A stretch of 64,000 nucleotides of DNA from Truepera sp. (lineage in GTDB: Bacteria > Deinococcota > Deinococci > Deinococcales > Trueperaceae). Below are positions 62,320-64,000 of the stretch, in pieces; position 1 is the first letter of the stretch; each line of letters begins with the position of its first letter. The stretch is from NCBI GenBank assembly GCA_965218435.1, contig CBDCKW010000009.1:672001-736000 (forward strand), given 5' to 3'. The notes beneath the pieces were generated by a model. That model was not told the origin of the DNA, searched no databases, and saw only the letters and a program-made list of their open reading frames with translations. The translations under genes were made by a program, and so were the position numbers.

Positions 62320-64000
62320 TTATTGTGGTGCGGTGAGGTTGCTGCGGTAGCCACCGGGCGTATAGGGAGACGCAATACTACTCGCGTCAAGGGCTTCTTT
62401 CGGCCAGATGTTTCCCATATTGCCGTAAAAGCTAAACGCAGGGCTGATGAGCGGGGTCATTGGCAGGTATTTGCGCATCAGCTCGGCGCGTTCGTTGTAA
62501 ACCGCCACGCGCTCATCTAAGTCGAGCGTGCGGTCCATCCGGCGGCTCAGTCGGTCCATCGAGATTTCCCACGGCTCTACGTTGGTAGTGCTCTTGTTCC
62601 ACGAGTTGAGGTTTTGACCCAAACCTACAACGTTGACTGATGAAGGGTTGTCCACGTCACCACCGGCAAGGCCCCAAATCTGCGCGTCGTAATCAACTTT
62701 AGTACCTTCAGCTTGGGTACCGGTGATCGAATCCGACCAGATTTCTGATGAGACTTCGCGCGGGTTAACCCTAACACCGTACTGCGAAAGCGTCTGCGCA
62801 ATGACCTGCGCCTCTTGCCCCCGGCGGTCGTTACCCGAGTTGAACTGCAAATCGAAGGCGACGCGGCAACCCGTATCAGGATTCATGAGCACGCCGTCTT
62901 GCCCGGTTTTGGTAAAGCCAATGTCGTTAAGCATTTTGACGCCCTGCTCGGGGTCGAACTCAAACGGCTGGAGGTTGGCTGCGTCAAAGGGTTTGGCTGA
63001 GCCGCTGTTATAGTCTTTCGCCGGAAAGCCGAGACCGCCAAGGGCCGCCTGAACCAGCGCCTGCCGGTCAATCATGATGGCGATGGCCTGACGAAACTCG
63101 GGCGTTTTGAACATACTGCGCTTGCACTCGTTTTTCTTCTGAAAGTTATAGGTGATAAAGTCTACAAGCGCGTCTGGGCCGATATTTGGAAAGAAACTTC
63201 CGCCAATTGAACCGTTCTGGACAGCTTGCTGCACCGCGCGCACATCGTCTACAGTTTGCGGCCAATCGAAGCTGGCTTGACCTGTAGTGACGAGCGCAAC
63301 CTGCGCGTTACGGTCGGCTACAAAGTCAACGGTCCAAGTGTCTGGGCCGGGGAGCGGTGAGCCGTCTGCAGCTTGCACGCTCTTACCGTACTCAGGGTTT
63401 TTGGAGAGTACGATGCGTTCGCCGGGGCGGAACTCGGTGATCATGTATGGGCCACCCGAAACGAGTTGTTTGACAGGCGTGTCAACGCCCCAAAGAGCAA
63501 GAATACCTTCCGCTCCCTTGTCTTTATAAACCGGCATATAAATATGGGCGGGAACCGCTCCAATGCTGGCAATGTTACCCATCAAGTTGACTTGCGGTTG
63601 GGGCGAGGTGATACGGAACTTATACTTGCCGAGCTTTTCGTACTTGATCGGTTCTTGGTTGTCGCCGACTACTGTCGCAGAATAAGTGTTTGATTGCACA
63701 TCTGGATCGCCGATAATTGTGCGCGCGGCGATATAGTCGTCGGCAGTAATCTCAGTGCCATCTGACCAGTTCCAACCCTCTTTTAAGGTGACGATGAACT
63801 CTTGCTCTTTTTGAATCTCTTCTATAGAGGCCGCGTGAACGAGATTGAATGAGCCGTCTTCTTTGCGAAATGAACGGTTGCCGAGCCAGTCGCGGTAGAT
63901 AAGGTCTGGCCCGCCGACCATGCCCAAAACTGCAGTTTCTTGGGCGCTTGAGCTGAGCACCGGGTTAAGCGTTAAAAAGTCGCCGTAAAGTACTTCGTTG
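62320..64000 (-). CDS. oppA: Peptide ABC substrate-binding protein (family 5), 5'-truncated by window edge
   Basis: LKEGWNWSDG..ITADD, SGGPY, NPEY and FRQAI...IDR. Frame is open to the window end. Confidence 0.9.
   Translation of the reverse strand, partial: NEVLYGDFLTLNPVLSSSAQETAVLGMVGGPDLIYRDWLGNRSFRKEDGSFNLVHAASIEEIQKEQEFIVTLKEGWNWSDGTEITADDYIAARTIIGDPDVQSNTYSATVVGDNQEPIKYEKLGKYKFRITSPQPQVNLMGNIASIGAVPAHIYMPVYKDKGAEGILALWGVDTPVKQLVSGGPYMITEFRPGERIVLSKNPEYGKSVQAADGSPLPGPDTWTVDFVADRNAQVALVTTGQASFDWPQTVDDVRAVQQAVQNGSIGGSFFPNIGPDALVDFITYNFQKKNECKRSMFKTPEFRQAIAIMIDRQALVQAALGGLGFPAKDYNSGSAKPFDAANLQPFEFDPEQGVKMLNDIGFTKTGQDGVLMNPDTGCRVAFDLQFNSGNDRRGQEAQVIAQTLSQYGVRVNPREVSSEIWSDSITGTQAEGTKVDYDAQIWGLAGGDVDNPSSVNVVGLGQNLNSWNKSTTNVEPWEISMDRLSRRMDRTLDLDERVAVYNERAELMRKYLPMTPLISPAFSFYGNMGNIWPKEALDASSIASPYTPGGYRSNLTAPQ

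Overview
This is a chromosomal segment of a moderately GC-rich bacterium. The proteins, the leaderless-promoter signature and the lipoprotein style point to Deinococcota, probably Trueperaceae-like (inference). Most of the window is housekeeping or metabolic: a polar amino-acid ABC transporter, rimO, tatA, folC, mgtE, recQ, aguA/aguB, gap-pgk, T-box-controlled ileS, rho, rrf2-iscS, tig-clpP-clpX, tRNA-His and tRNA-Leu, and an opp/dpp operon. The best candidate for an undescribed system is an AT-richer, translationally coupled three-gene cassette at 6553-8904. It encodes a HEPN-motif nuclease-like protein, a small Rossmann/methyltransferase-like unknown and a C5-cytosine DNA methyltransferase, with no restriction endonuclease. 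Other notable items: a TnpA-only IS200/IS605 element inserted after TTGAT inside a grpB-family gene; a decaying amino-sugar (nanE/DUF4127) operon with an internal deletion and two ATA-for-ATG starts; strong over-representation of the palindrome CTCGAG; a dispersed 58-bp repeat; a repeat-rich spacer between the two tRNAs; an ALHH-type IleRS2; and two frameshifted pseudogenes. All family assignments come from reading motifs by eye, not from database searches.
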